This document shows positions 9,196 to 19,700 of a DNA stretch of 64,000 bases, one piece after another. The notes below the pieces were generated by a model that saw only the letters and a list, made by a program, of their open reading frames with translations, ran no database searches and was not told the origin of the DNA. Position numbers and translations under genes: made by a program. Origin of the DNA: Candidatus Latescibacterota bacterium (GTDB taxonomy: Bacteria > Latescibacterota > UBA2968); assembly GCA_965222605.1 (NCBI GenBank), contig OZ244960.1, positions 5,472,001-5,536,000 on the forward strand, in the 5' to 3' direction. Numbering within the stretch: position 1 is the first letter of the stretch; each line of letters begins with the position of its first letter.

Positions 9196-10077
9196 TCAAA
9201 CCGAACGAGATCCGGCCATGCTGGGTGATACGCCATTGTAATCGTAGGGCCGGTTTCGGAAGAGGTAGTCTATTGGTTCGTCCACAAAAATTGTGTTTGG
9301 GTCCAGGTCGCTTTCTGCAAAGGCGGTTTCACAACCGGTATTGAACCGGAGAGGGGAAGGGCGACGCAGCCAGTGGCAGGCGTAGATCGTTGCGATCATG
9401 AACCGCGGTTGGTCGGAAAAATTTGGCATTCCCCGGTGCCAGAGCCGGGGGTCGCGGATCAGAATGCTTCCCTTTTTTGTATTCCCCCGAACCGGCGGTG
9501 CCACTTTCCGGCGTGCTTCCTGCAGGTGTGCTTCGACTTTGATATCATCTCCAATTACCTTTTGCGTTTCCAGATGGGAGCCGGGCCAGAGTTCGATACT
9601 TCCGTTGGCTTCGGTCACCTCGTCCAGGGCAATATTGACAATGACTTTGGCCGACGGGTGCGCAACATCCAGGTTCGGCCAGAGTTGTCCCGAGTCGACG
9701 TGTACCGGTTGGAGCTCGCTGCCCGGCAAGTTTGTGTTGCCGGTGTAGCGATTGTTGAAGATCCCCTCGCCGAGTAGGGCTTTCGAGACCTGGACCACCC
9801 AGGGGTTCGCTATAACGTCGCGAAAGACGTACGGGGGGCAGGGGGGCGGATCCTGCTGGACGTTTCCCCAAACGAAGTTATGGGGTGGCGCAGGGGCATT
9901 CATGATCTTCTCCAGGTCTTCGGCCATCCGCTCACGGAGAAGGTCGAGGTGTTCGTGCGCGACCACTGCATTGAGGACGATGTAGCCTTCCGTTCGAATG
10001 GTATCGAGGGCCTGTTTCAGGTGCGCGTCGGTGAGAGACTCGGCTGCGTGCTCTTCCGGTGTGACGGTGATTTCCAC
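9196..10077 (-). CDS. PhyH-family dioxygenase (KanJ-like)
   Basis: EGYIVL, GNTNLPGSELQPVHVD, NGSIELWPGSH, IRDPRLWHRGMPN. Confidence 0.9.
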   Translation of the reverse strand: MEITVTPEEHAAESLTDAHLKQALDTIRTEGYIVLNAVVAHEHLDLLRERMAEDLEKIMNAPAPPHNFVWGNVQQDPPPCPPYVFRDVIANPWVVQVSKALLGEGIFNNRYTGNTNLPGSELQPVHVDSGQLWPNLDVAHPSAKVIVNIALDEVTEANGSIELWPGSHLETQKVIGDDIKVEAHLQEARRKVAPPVRGNTKKGSILIRDPRLWHRGMPNFSDQPRFMIATIYACHWLRRPSPLRFNTGCETAFAESDLDPNTIFVDEPIDYLFRNRPYDYNGVSPSMAGSRSV

Positions 10078-10118
10078 GGCTACTCATCTCCCTGTCAGTG
10101 ATTACTCCCAACGCTAAA

Positions 10119-11327
10119 TCAGTTGGGCTTCTTGGCGATCAAGCCGCCTGACTTTGTAATCCCAAAGTCAATATTAACCTCCACAAGAATCATCTGAGCG
10201 ATTTCTTCTATGGTTCGATTATCAGTATCAATGCACAGGTCGCCGATCGCGTTGCGTTGTAGAGATTCTGCGGCCTCAATCGCCTTTTCAGCGATCTGCT
10301 GGAGGGCCGTGTCAGGCTTTCCTTTTAACTCGTCACCAGGTATCCCTGGGCCGAAGCCTTGACCTCGCAGTCTGATTCTATGCCTCAATTGCTCTGATCC
10401 AGCATGAAGCCGACATAACCTCAGAGTTGTTTCTGGTAGCGCTTCGGTATAGGTCTGGATAGCGTCGAGGTGGTTGATTGGACCGACGACAATGAGACAT
10501 CGCGCGCCGCTCTCGTGAAAGGTCTGCCACATAGCAGCGAGGTTGTGCGCCTTGATCTGGTGGTTGTCAGGATCGTTGTCCGGGACAGGCCGGTAGAAAC
10601 TGATCTGCTCAAGGTCGACAAAAGCTGCTGTGATACCAGCCCGCCTGACTTCCTCAAAGATTCGCCATCCGACAGTTGACTTTCCAACACCAGTCGTACC
10701 GCAAAGCCATAAGATCGATCCGGGAGTGGTGGGCAACTTGGGGAAGCGCGTCGAGGCGTGGCTGTTGGATAAGCAGGTTCTCTTGGGGAGAGTTGGCCAT
10801 CCGCCGGTCTTCCCATCCAGGAGCTGAATTACCTCAGAGACAGTCAATCCGCTGGTGTCGATGCATACGTCAGCGAAGTCGCTGCGATCCAGAGTATCTG
10901 ATTCACGCAGCATTGCATCCATCTGGTAAGATTCCAGACTGCGATTGGCCAGCCGCTCTGCCAGTATGTCGCGATCCGCTCGGAGTCGGCACAAGGTGAG
11001 ATCAGTATGCGATATCTGATCAACATAGTCGCGCACTCCGTGGATCTCGTCGACAACGCCGGACACAAGGACGCAATAGGCGCCCGCTGCTTTGAAGGTA
11101 GCTACCATCGCGCCGAGATTTTGCGCTTTTATGTGGTGACGCTCTGGGTCCGAAACTGGTGCGGGATAACACATGCCAAGTTGATCGATGTCGAGATAGC
11201 CAATTCTGATTCCATCCTGTGCTAGTTGAGAGAAGAATTGCCACCCAACTGTGGATTTACCGACACCACACGGACCGCACAGCCATAACAAAGGGATCGG
11301 ATCGCTGGTCTTCATTCCATTCATCAT
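10119..11327 (-). CDS. Tandem P-loop NTPase/kinase-like protein with two homologous domains
   Basis: Two Walker A motifs (LWLCGPCGVGKST and LWLCGTTGVGKST), each followed by D.DQ/D.EQ, KAxNLxAM, LCRLxA and CIDT. Confidence 0.8.
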   Translation of the reverse strand: MMNGMKTSDPIPLLWLCGPCGVGKSTVGWQFFSQLAQDGIRIGYLDIDQLGMCYPAPVSDPERHHIKAQNLGAMVATFKAAGAYCVLVSGVVDEIHGVRDYVDQISHTDLTLCRLRADRDILAERLANRSLESYQMDAMLRESDTLDRSDFADVCIDTSGLTVSEVIQLLDGKTGGWPTLPKRTCLSNSHASTRFPKLPTTPGSILWLCGTTGVGKSTVGWRIFEEVRRAGITAAFVDLEQISFYRPVPDNDPDNHQIKAHNLAAMWQTFHESGARCLIVVGPINHLDAIQTYTEALPETTLRLCRLHAGSEQLRHRIRLRGQGFGPGIPGDELKGKPDTALQQIAEKAIEAAESLQRNAIGDLCIDTDNRTIEEIAQMILVEVNIDFGITKSGGLIAKKPN

Positions 11328-11335
11328 TCTGTTTT

Positions 11336-14300
11336 TTAAAATCCGTCCGTCGAACGGCTCAAACTGTACCGGGCATTTGTGACCAGAGAGACAACATCCT
11401 CCAGAATCATATACAGACAGGGCACTAACAAAAGAATTATAGACGTCGCGAAAACAATACCAAATCCGAGAGAGATTGCCATAGGAATGAGATAATAAGC
11501 CTGGCGGGATGTCTCCAAAATAATCGGTGTCAAACCACCGAACGTTGTCAACGTCGTCAAAATAATGGGCTTGAAGCGCCGAAGCCCAGCAGTATGAATC
11601 GCCTCAAAAGCCGAGTACTGGGCACGCCTTTTATTTGCATAATCGATCATAATCAGTGAGTCATTTACCACAACACCCGACAAGGCGATCACCCCCATCA
11701 AACTGATAAGCGACAAATCATAACCCAGCAAAATATGACCGATCACAGCGCCCACAATCCCAAACGGAATCGCCGCCATCACAATCAAGGGCTGGACATA
11801 GCTACCAAATGCAATGGCGAGTAACATATACACAATGGCCATCGCCATGGCAAACCCGCCCCATAGCGCCTGCGTGGACTCGCGCATCTCAGCCTGCGTC
11901 CCCTGAAACGTCCAGGTTAATCCCGGATAATCAGCGCGAATTTGTGGCAACACATCGGTTTTAATCGCTTCCATAACGCGCGTCATCGCTCGCTTGGGCT
12001 CCACATCCATACTCACCGTCACCACGCGCCGACCATCTCGCCGATTAATACTTGTAAACGCTTCGCCACGCTCAATGTCTACCACATCCATCAAAGGCAC
12101 TTCTGTGCCATCAGGTGTACGCACAACAAATTCTTCGAGATAGCGAATATCCTTTCGCTCTGCCATCGGCAATTTCACGCGCATTTCAACTTCATTTGTA
12201 CCGCGCAACTGACGCATCGCCAGTGCGCCGTAAAACGCATCGCGCAACTGACGCCCTACCTCAACCGCCGTCAATCCCAAATTTCGGCCTTCGGGACGCA
12301 ACACAAAATCAAACTGCGCTTTACCTTTATTGTAATTGTCACTCGCATCGTGCGTCTCTTCAAACCCTTCGGCGCGCTCTAAAAATGCCCGACTGGCTTT
12401 GGCCAACACGTCAATATCCGAATGGCTCAAATCGACGCTGATATCCTGTTGCCAACCGCCCGGCCCACTCTCGGCCTCAAACGTAATCTGACTGACACCA
12501 TCAATATCCCCGATGTTATCGCGCCACAGTGAGATGATCTCTCCTGTCGTCATATCGTGTTCATCGGGCGGTTTCATCACAATTTCTACATCAATAAAAC
12601 TCCCCCCGCGCACATTGGTTTTAATCCCTTCGGCCACGCGATAAAGGTTGTGCGCTTCAAACATGCGATGGGTCGATTCGGTCACCTCATGCGCAACCCG
12701 CGCTGCTTGATCCCGCGTGGTCCCCACAGGCAATCGGATACCCGCTTCAATCTCATCGGCAGAAACTTCGGGCATCATAATCATACCCATATGATCGCTG
12801 TATCCATAACCGCCCACCACCACCAGCAAAGCAACAGCAGATGCAATCGTAACGTACCGATGCCGAATGCATAGATCCAGAAACCTGCGATAGTGTTGGT
12901 CGATAAACCGATTGAAATGGCTGGCAATAGATTGTTGCCAGCGATGCGCAGTGCCATTTACCGGCGAAACAGCACGTTTTGAAAGGTGCCCGAGATGCGC
13001 AGGCAAAATAAACAGCGCCTCCAAAAGAGACACGGCCAGCACAGTGATCACAACCGCAGGCAATGGCCACCAGAATTTTCCCGTGGTGCCGGGCATAAAC
13101 AAAAGCGGCACAAAAGCCACAATCGTAGTCAAAATGCTGAACGTAACCGGTCCGGCAATATCGCGGGTACCCGCAATGGCCGCCTGCATCGGGCTCATAC
13201 CTTGTTCCCGATATTCATGCACATTTTCACCCACAACAATCGCATCATCCACCACAATGCCGAGCACCACCAAAAATGCAAACATAGAAACCATATTGAT
13301 GCTCACATCAATAGCAGGCAGAAACACCAGACTGCCAATGAAAGAAATGGTCATCCCCATCATCACCCAAAACGCAAGCCGAAACTCGAGGAACATCGCC
13401 AGAATAAGCAAAACAATCACAATAGCCAGCACCCCGTTTTTGATCAGCAAAAACAACCGATCTTTGTAATCCTCTGCACTGTTGCTGTCGATCCGATACT
13501 TCACACCAGGCGGCAGGGTGGTCTCAAAATCTGCCATGATATTTTCAACAGCCTCAGCAATCTCAAGTGGCGATTGATTCCCAATCCGATAGATATCCAC
13601 ACCAACTGTAAGCTGCCGATTAAACCGTTCGTGAAATCCGCCTTCTTCAAAGCCATCTGTGACCTCTGCCAAGTCCGCCAGTGTAACCCCACCACCTCCT
13701 TCTGAAGGGATAATCACAATACGACCATATTCATCGGCCCACTGCTTGCGCTCTTTCATGCGCAACAAAATTTCCCCCGTACCCGTCTCCACAGAACCCG
13801 CAGGAATGTCTTCACTCGACGCGACAATCACGCGTGCCACATCGCGTAGTGTAATACCGTATTCACGCAACCTGTGCTGAGGAATTTCAATATGCGTCAT
13901 GTATTCTGGCACATTGCCAAGCTCAACCTGTGTAATGGCCGGATCGCTCAGCAATCGATCCCTTAGCTGTTCGGCCAGACTTCTCAGCGTACCGATATTC
14001 ACATCGCCATACAGCCCAATATCCATCACATTGCGCTGTTGTGCCCTCAGGCTGACTTCGGGTTGTTCTATATCATCGGGAAATGTCCGAATCCGATTGA
14101 CTGCCTGATCAATATCCTGAAAGGCTTTCCCGCGATCGGTGCCTGCCACCAGTTCAATGGTCACACTCCCACGCCCTTCGCGAGCCTGCGACGTCAGTTC
14201 CATGATCCCTTGCACACCGCGCACAGCTTCTTCTATCGGCTGTAAAATCCCCTGCTCCACCTCCGCAGGTGCCGCACCCGGATAGCCCACACTGACCGAG

Positions 14301-14470
14301 ACGATATCCAGTTCATACTGCGGATAGACCTCCTTCTGGATATGAAAAGCCGTCCAGATCCCGCCCACAACGAGGATGATCATAAACAGATTGGCCGCAA
14401 TAGCATTGCGCGCCATCCAGGCAATCGGACCTCGTGCTTCTTCAAATGTATCCTGTGTCTCATTCATCAC
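11336..14470 (-). CDS. RND efflux transporter permease subunit (AcrB/AcrD/AcrF family)
   Basis: 1044 aa with [30 protein letters not shown] and [12 protein letters not shown]. Confidence 0.95.
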   Translation of the reverse strand: MMNETQDTFEEARGPIAWMARNAIAANLFMIILVVGGIWTAFHIQKEVYPQYELDIVSVSVGYPGAAPAEVEQGILQPIEEAVRGVQGIMELTSQAREGRGSVTIELVAGTDRGKAFQDIDQAVNRIRTFPDDIEQPEVSLRAQQRNVMDIGLYGDVNIGTLRSLAEQLRDRLLSDPAITQVELGNVPEYMTHIEIPQHRLREYGITLRDVARVIVASSEDIPAGSVETGTGEILLRMKERKQWADEYGRIVIIPSEGGGGVTLADLAEVTDGFEEGGFHERFNRQLTVGVDIYRIGNQSPLEIAEAVENIMADFETTLPPGVKYRIDSNSAEDYKDRLFLLIKNGVLAIVIVLLILAMFLEFRLAFWVMMGMTISFIGSLVFLPAIDVSINMVSMFAFLVVLGIVVDDAIVVGENVHEYREQGMSPMQAAIAGTRDIAGPVTFSILTTIVAFVPLLFMPGTTGKFWWPLPAVVITVLAVSLLEALFILPAHLGHLSKRAVSPVNGTAHRWQQSIASHFNRFIDQHYRRFLDLCIRHRYVTIASAVALLVVVGGYGYSDHMGMIMMPEVSADEIEAGIRLPVGTTRDQAARVAHEVTESTHRMFEAHNLYRVAEGIKTNVRGGSFIDVEIVMKPPDEHDMTTGEIISLWRDNIGDIDGVSQITFEAESGPGGWQQDISVDLSHSDIDVLAKASRAFLERAEGFEETHDASDNYNKGKAQFDFVLRPEGRNLGLTAVEVGRQLRDAFYGALAMRQLRGTNEVEMRVKLPMAERKDIRYLEEFVVRTPDGTEVPLMDVVDIERGEAFTSINRRDGRRVVTVSMDVEPKRAMTRVMEAIKTDVLPQIRADYPGLTWTFQGTQAEMRESTQALWGGFAMAMAIVYMLLAIAFGSYVQPLIVMAAIPFGIVGAVIGHILLGYDLSLISLMGVIALSGVVVNDSLIMIDYANKRRAQYSAFEAIHTAGLRRFKPIILTTLTTFGGLTPIILETSRQAYYLIPMAISLGFGIVFATSIILLLVPCLYMILEDVVSLVTNARYSLSRSTDGF

Positions 14471-15666
14471 TGGGTGTCTCCCAGGGTTTTAGGATCTTCC
14501 TTTCCAACGCTTTTCACACGCAATTCTGCACCCTCAGCGACTCGAGACAAATTGGTCGTAACCACCCGATCCTTATCCTGCAACCCATCCGATATATAAG
14601 CATAGTCGGTATCTCGAAAAACGATCTCAACAGACCGAATCTGCAACAGATCATCTTTCATCACCCAGACCGTATTGTCAGCCCGGATATAATCGCGTGC
14701 CAGACGCACCACATTGGGAATTTCGTTGGCCGCAATATGCGTCTCAACAAATGCGCCAATCATCAACGGAGACAGATGATCAGATCCATCCTGATGAGCA
14801 AGCGGATCAGAAACAGAAACCAGTACCCGCGCCATACGCGTCTTTTCTGCCAAAGCACCAATGAGTCTGTGAAGAGAGCCTGTGCGATAAGCACCTTTCT
14901 TTTCGGTCACACGATTGCGAATCTGCACCAACGATCCCTTTTCTGCCTCGCTGTTGGGAAAAGAAAGCCACGGAATTTTGGAAAGCGGAACGGTCGTCAC
15001 CACCCAGTATGTATCCAGACCAACCAGACGCCCGAGATTATCGCGTGGAGAAACCAGAGAACCCACATTGGCATTGCGACTTAAAATGTGCGCGTCAAAA
15101 GGCGCTTTAATGGTTGTTCTCTGCAATTCCAGTTCAGCCTGATTCACTGCCGCCTGCGCCGCTTCTACCCGTGCCCGAGCTGCATTGAGCTGAGGTTGGC
15201 GCAGCACAAGCGCCTCAAGCTCACCCGACAGCGTCTCTTCTAAAATCTGATAATCTTTTTGCGCCACATTCTGCCGTCCCATCTCAATATTCAAATCAGC
15301 AGTGGCACGACGCAGATCGCTCTTTTTCTGCAAAAGTGCATTCTGATAATCTGCCGGATCAATCTGCAACAGTACCTGACCCTTTTTGACAAACCCACCC
15401 GGCGTAAAAGTCGATGACAGCGAAAGTACCCGTCCACCGACTTGTGGACTCAAGATGATATCCTGTTCTGCTTCAACCGTCCCCGTCGCCACAATCACAG
15501 GGCGATACGTACCGCGTTGCACCTCAACCACATCAACGAGCATCGCGGTTTTCTTAGTCGCCGCAACGCGAGTCGCCGTAGGCTCCGTCATAAAAATCAG
15601 CGCAGTAACACCTGCACCCACAATCAAAACACAAAAACAAATAATCAGCGTTTTTTTGCTATCCAC
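14467..15666 (-). CDS. RND efflux periplasmic adaptor (membrane fusion protein)
   Basis: N-terminal transmembrane segment, [31 protein letters not shown]. Confidence 0.93.
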   Translation of the reverse strand: MDSKKTLIICFCVLIVGAGVTALIFMTEPTATRVAATKKTAMLVDVVEVQRGTYRPVIVATGTVEAEQDIILSPQVGGRVLSLSSTFTPGGFVKKGQVLLQIDPADYQNALLQKKSDLRRATADLNIEMGRQNVAQKDYQILEETLSGELEALVLRQPQLNAARARVEAAQAAVNQAELELQRTTIKAPFDAHILSRNANVGSLVSPRDNLGRLVGLDTYWVVTTVPLSKIPWLSFPNSEAEKGSLVQIRNRVTEKKGAYRTGSLHRLIGALAEKTRMARVLVSVSDPLAHQDGSDHLSPLMIGAFVETHIAANEIPNVVRLARDYIRADNTVWVMKDDLLQIRSVEIVFRDTDYAYISDGLQDKDRVVTTNLSRVAEGAELRVKSVGKEDPKTLGDTQ

Positions 15667-15701
15667 GTTATGCCTATCCGTTTATTATGATTTATTACAA
15701 T

Positions 15702-17063
15702 TCAACGCGCGTTGAACTTACGCGCTATTTCAAAACCACCTGCGAGTGCCCGATAAAGCGCAATGCGGAATTCCAGCAAATCGAGTTTCGCAGAGATCAA
15801 CGCTCGCTGGAGCCTCTGTTCGTTTGTCAGCGCGGTAAGCACGTCAAGATAATCGCTGATGCCATTTAAATACTCCAGCCTTAACTGATCATACGTCTGC
15901 CTCACCAGATCGACCTGCGCTTCGAGACTCGCGATGCGTTCAACCTGTTTTTGTTCTTGAACCAATGCATTTTCCACTTCGGCAAATGCCGTCAAAATCG
16001 TCTGTCCATAAGCCGAAAGTTGCGCGCTTTTGTTGGCTTTATTGCGCTTGATTTCTGCCCCCCGTTCACCACCATCGATAACAGGCAGCAAAAGATTGCC
16101 TATCAGATTGCCCACCCAATCTTTAAATAGACCACCGCGATCATCACCCGATGCCAATGCTGTCAGGCTCAAACGCGGATACCGATTGCTGATAGCAACC
16201 GCCACATCGCGATCCGCCGCCAGCAGCAGGTTATAAGCCCTTTTGACATCTGGACGTCGCTGAATCAACTCAACAGGCAAACCCGTATCCGGCAGAGGTG
16301 GCAGATCTGGCAAAGCGCGATGCGTATAGGCAATTCCATCCTGAGGGGCGTAACCCAACAAAACAGCGAGCTGGTGTTCCAACACCTCGATTCTGGATTC
16401 TGTCGCGATTTTTTGTTCGCGTGTGGATTCGAGCAATTGCCTTTGTCGCAAAATATCTACACTGCGAATCTGCCCACTGCCAAAACGCGCTCGGATCAGA
16501 CTCAGCACTTGCTGATTGGTCTCAATCTGATGCTCAAAAAGTTCGTGCTGATTTTGTGCTTCCATCAACTGAAAATAAGTACGCACGACCTCTGCAGAAA
16601 GCGACAATGCCGCAGTCTGATAATCCGCCTCAGTCGCCCGTGCTCGATAACGCGCGGCATCCACACCCGAACGAATTCGCCCCCACAGATCTATTTCGTA
16701 TTCAGACGTGATGCCCAAACGGATCTGCGCATCATTTCCAGAATCTGGACGTTGAACCTCACCGCGCCCGGATACTTCCAGCGTTGGAAACCGGCCAGCC
16801 CCTTCGCGATCCACAACAGCCTGTGCACTTCGCAACCGATGCCACGCCGTCTCCAAACTGAAATTGGACTGCAATGCGCGATCGACCAGGCTGTCCATAC
16901 GCGCATCTCCAAAAGCGGTCCACCACCGTTCAGAAAGCGCATGTGAGGCATGACTGGAAAAAGCTTTGGGAGGTTCAAAAGGAAGGGTAAGATTTGCAGA
17001 CCTGGGCGAACACCCAAAAACAAACACGGGCCAGATCAAAAGAAACAAGCGAACATATAGCAT
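15702..17063 (-). CDS. Efflux outer-membrane lipoprotein (TolC/OprM/NodT family)
   Basis: Lipobox VFG-C after ATG 17063, WWTAFGD, YEIDLWGRIR, RRPDV, YLDVLTA. Confidence 0.92.
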   Translation of the reverse strand: MLYVRLFLLIWPVFVFGCSPRSANLTLPFEPPKAFSSHASHALSERWWTAFGDARMDSLVDRALQSNFSLETAWHRLRSAQAVVDREGAGRFPTLEVSGRGEVQRPDSGNDAQIRLGITSEYEIDLWGRIRSGVDAARYRARATEADYQTAALSLSAEVVRTYFQLMEAQNQHELFEHQIETNQQVLSLIRARFGSGQIRSVDILRQRQLLESTREQKIATESRIEVLEHQLAVLLGYAPQDGIAYTHRALPDLPPLPDTGLPVELIQRRPDVKRAYNLLLAADRDVAVAISNRYPRLSLTALASGDDRGGLFKDWVGNLIGNLLLPVIDGGERGAEIKRNKANKSAQLSAYGQTILTAFAEVENALVQEQKQVERIASLEAQVDLVRQTYDQLRLEYLNGISDYLDVLTALTNEQRLQRALISAKLDLLEFRIALYRALAGGFEIARKFNAR

Positions 17064-17118
17064 GTGTAAGATAATTTCCATTCGTTGCAAAAGTTACTGT
17101 AATGTAAACCGCCAAAAT

Positions 17119-17147
17119 ATAATAACCAAATAGAATTATGGAGTCAA
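17119..17147 (-). promoter_or_regulatory. Sigma70-like promoter of the RND operon
   Basis: TTGACT-17 nt-TATTAT on the minus strand. Confidence 0.6.
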
Positions 17148-17188
17148 GTAACCACTTACTCACTTATGTGTTGATTCCGAAAAACAAA

Positions 17189-17299
17189 ATGCATTCCTCC
17201 ACTCGTAAACGCATTTTATGGCTTTTTGCAGCTCTTTTAATGTCGTTTATTCTATTTCTGTTCCTGCGGAGCTCGCATCGTGCCATTAAAAAAAGATGA
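17189..17299 (+). other. 36-aa hydrophobic small ORF or N-terminal stub, divergent from the RND operon
   Basis: MHSSTRKRILWLFAALLMSFILFLFLRSSHRAIKKR*: basic residues, one hydrophobic helix, basic residues. No clear RBS. Confidence 0.35.
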
Positions 17300-17302
17300 G
17301 AG

Positions 17303-18337
17303 CTATTTTGTCGGATCGTCCGACACCCGAATAACAAGCTTACCAAAATTTTCACCCTTGAGCAGACCAATCAAAGCTTCGGGCGCGTTTTCCAAACCAT
17401 CGACAATATCTTCCTTGTAGCGCAATTTATCTTCACGAATCCATCCGCCTAAAGTGCTAAAAGCTTCTTCCGTTTGGTCCGCAAAGTCCGAGACAATGAA
17501 ACCCCGAAAGGTGAGTCGTTTGGTGAGAATCTGGCGCAGCATATAATGCATCTGGTTGGGACCGGGTGGCAATCCCGTATCATTGGCAATGGCGATGGTG
17601 CCACATACGGGTATCCGGGCAAAGGGGTTGAACAGCGGCAACACCGTCTCAAACACCTTGCCAGCCACATTCTCAAAATAAACATCAATCCCGTCCGGAC
17701 AAGCACCAGCGATTTGTTCTTCAAAATCGTCGGCTCTGTGGTTCACACACGCATCGAATCCCAACGCATCGGTAACATACTGGCATTTTTCTTCAGACCC
17801 CGCGATGCCTACGGCCCGCGCGCCTTTGATCTTGGCGATTTGCCCAACCACCGAACCCACCGCTCCCGAGGCAGCCGCCACGACGACTGTCTCATCGGGT
17901 TGCGGTTTGCCGATATTGAGCAGCCCCGTGTATGCGGTCATGCCCGGCATGCCCAGCACGCCCACTGAGGTAGAGATCGGCCCCCAGGCCGGATCGATCT
18001 TGCGCAGCACCTTTCCAGGGAGAGCGAAAAGGGACTGCCACCCGCCCTTGCCCTCCACGATGTCGCCCTCAGCAAATTCCGAATCGTTTGAGGCGATCAC
18101 CTTTCCTACGCAGCCGCCCTCCATCACCATGCCAAGTTCGACCGGTTTGGCATAGTTTTTCGACTCATTCATCCTTCCGCGCATGTAGGGATCCAGCGAA
18201 AGATAAATCGTCTGGCACAAAACTTCACCCTCACCAGGGGCAGGCACGTCGGATTCCACCAACTGGAAATCACTCGGTTTCGGTTCTCCCTCGGGACGAG
18301 CAACCAGCAAGATTTGACGGTTTTTTAGATCGGACAT
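17303..18337 (-). CDS. NADP-dependent oxidoreductase (MDR; CurA/YncB/PTGR-like)
   Basis: YLSLDPYMRGRM, GVLGMPGMTAY, AASGAVGSVVGQIAK, GIDVYFENV, GENFGKL. Confidence 0.93.
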   Translation of the reverse strand: MSDLKNRQILLVARPEGEPKPSDFQLVESDVPAPGEGEVLCQTIYLSLDPYMRGRMNESKNYAKPVELGMVMEGGCVGKVIASNDSEFAEGDIVEGKGGWQSLFALPGKVLRKIDPAWGPISTSVGVLGMPGMTAYTGLLNIGKPQPDETVVVAAASGAVGSVVGQIAKIKGARAVGIAGSEEKCQYVTDALGFDACVNHRADDFEEQIAGACPDGIDVYFENVAGKVFETVLPLFNPFARIPVCGTIAIANDTGLPPGPNQMHYMLRQILTKRLTFRGFIVSDFADQTEEAFSTLGGWIREDKLRYKEDIVDGLENAPEALIGLLKGENFGKLVIRVSDDPTK

Positions 18338-18360
18338 ATGTATTCCTTTATAAGTGAAAG

Positions 18361-19464
18361 CTAAAGCGTCAACACACCGCGATTGATTTTACCGGCCAGC
18401 ATATCGGCATAAACCTCATTGATCTCTTCCAGGGGAGACTGGCGCGAGACCAACTCGTCGAGTTTGAGACGACCGGCTTTGTAGAGTTGAATAATCCTGG
18501 AAAAATCTCGATGATAATTACCGGTGCCGTAAAAACAACCCAGTATCCGAGTTTCCTGATGGTGCATGCGAAAGGTATCGAACGTAACGCGTGCATCGTG
18601 AGGTGCAACGCCTACCAGGGTGAGTGCACCGCCTCGTCGTAGGGAGTAGATGGCTTTTTCTTGAACGCCTGGATTGCCGGTGGCATCCAGGATGTGATCA
18701 AAACCTCTTCCATCGGAAAGGTCGAGCAATGCCTGCTGCACATCCTCTTTCCCATCTAAGGTATGCGTGGCGCCAAACGTGCGAGCGCTTTCGAATTTGT
18801 CGGGCACCGTATCGATTGCCACAATGGTCTCTGCGCCACAAAGAGCAGCGCCTTGCAAGACGTTGAGACCGATCCCACCACATCCAAACACGGCCACCCT
18901 TTCGCCAGGCTTGATCTGGGCTGTGTACATGGCGGCACCCACGCCCGTCATCACGGCACATCCGACCAGCGAAGCAGAGACCATGGAGACATCTGGATCA
19001 AGGTGGACACACGCCTGCTCGGGCACCACAGCATATTCGGCAAAGGTGGAATGGGTAGAAAATTGAGTTAACGCCTCTCCTTTCAGCCGTAGCCGAGTGG
19101 TGCCATCCATCGCGGTGCCTTTTTCAAGACCGGGCCGGTACGTTTCGCACATGTTCGCGAGTTCCCGTTGACAATAAAAGCACGTTCCACAAGCGGGCAT
19201 CCATGACAACATCACATGATCCCCGGGCGAAATTCGGGACACACCCTCACCCAACTCTTCAACCACCCCCGCGCCTTCGTGGCCCAATACGGCGGGTAGG
19301 GATTTGGGGATTTCTCCCATCACCTGATGCCAGTCGCTGTGACAGGCCCCACTGGCGGCAATCCGAACAAGGACTTCTCCTGGCCCCGGGTCTTGTACTT
19401 CAATATCCTCAATAACAAATGGCCCTCCTCGTTGATGAACTACGGCAGCTTTTGCTATCTTCAT
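18361..19464 (-). CDS. Zn-dependent alcohol dehydrogenase (class III-like)
   Basis: GACHSD, LGHEGAG, CGTCFYC...C, GCAVMTG, VFGCGGIG. Confidence 0.93.
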   Translation of the reverse strand: MKIAKAAVVHQRGGPFVIEDIEVQDPGPGEVLVRIAASGACHSDWHQVMGEIPKSLPAVLGHEGAGVVEELGEGVSRISPGDHVMLSWMPACGTCFYCQRELANMCETYRPGLEKGTAMDGTTRLRLKGEALTQFSTHSTFAEYAVVPEQACVHLDPDVSMVSASLVGCAVMTGVGAAMYTAQIKPGERVAVFGCGGIGLNVLQGAALCGAETIVAIDTVPDKFESARTFGATHTLDGKEDVQQALLDLSDGRGFDHILDATGNPGVQEKAIYSLRRGGALTLVGVAPHDARVTFDTFRMHHQETRILGCFYGTGNYHRDFSRIIQLYKAGRLKLDELVSRQSPLEEINEVYADMLAGKINRGVLTL

Positions 19465-19545
19465 AATGTATCCCTCACATTTAATTGCTGTCTTCACCGT
19501 CGGCTTCACATCCAGTATATCTGCTCCGAAGATTTGAGAAATACT

Positions 19546-19700
19546 GGACTCTTTCTCAAATTCGTGTCAACTACCCAACGCTGAAGCAGTTGGGCTTGTC
19601 GCTCGTGCATAAATGCACTCGGCAACTTTAGGCTTGTTGACACAAAGCCCTTGCTCGGATATTCCGAGCGGCGTTGCGGTCAGCATGGTCTTTATGACCA
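19546..19700 (-). ncRNA. Predicted TnpB omega/reRNA (scaffold plus flanking guide ACGAAUUUGAGAAAGAG...)
   Basis: TnpB reRNAs derive from the right end. Stem-loops after the stop codon covary with those of the second copy. The 5' boundary is approximate. Confidence 0.6.

Noticed and set aside
19532-19560. Hairpin TTTGAGAAA...TTTCTCAAA beside the IS right end as part of the element
   Set aside because: It lies outside the TGAC end and overlaps the restored NHL stop codon, so it is host sequence. It could still affect guide folding.
19546-19565. TnpB guides targeting other genes in the window
   Set aside because: By eye I found no TAM-adjacent match to either guide elsewhere. A computational search is needed to exclude this fully.
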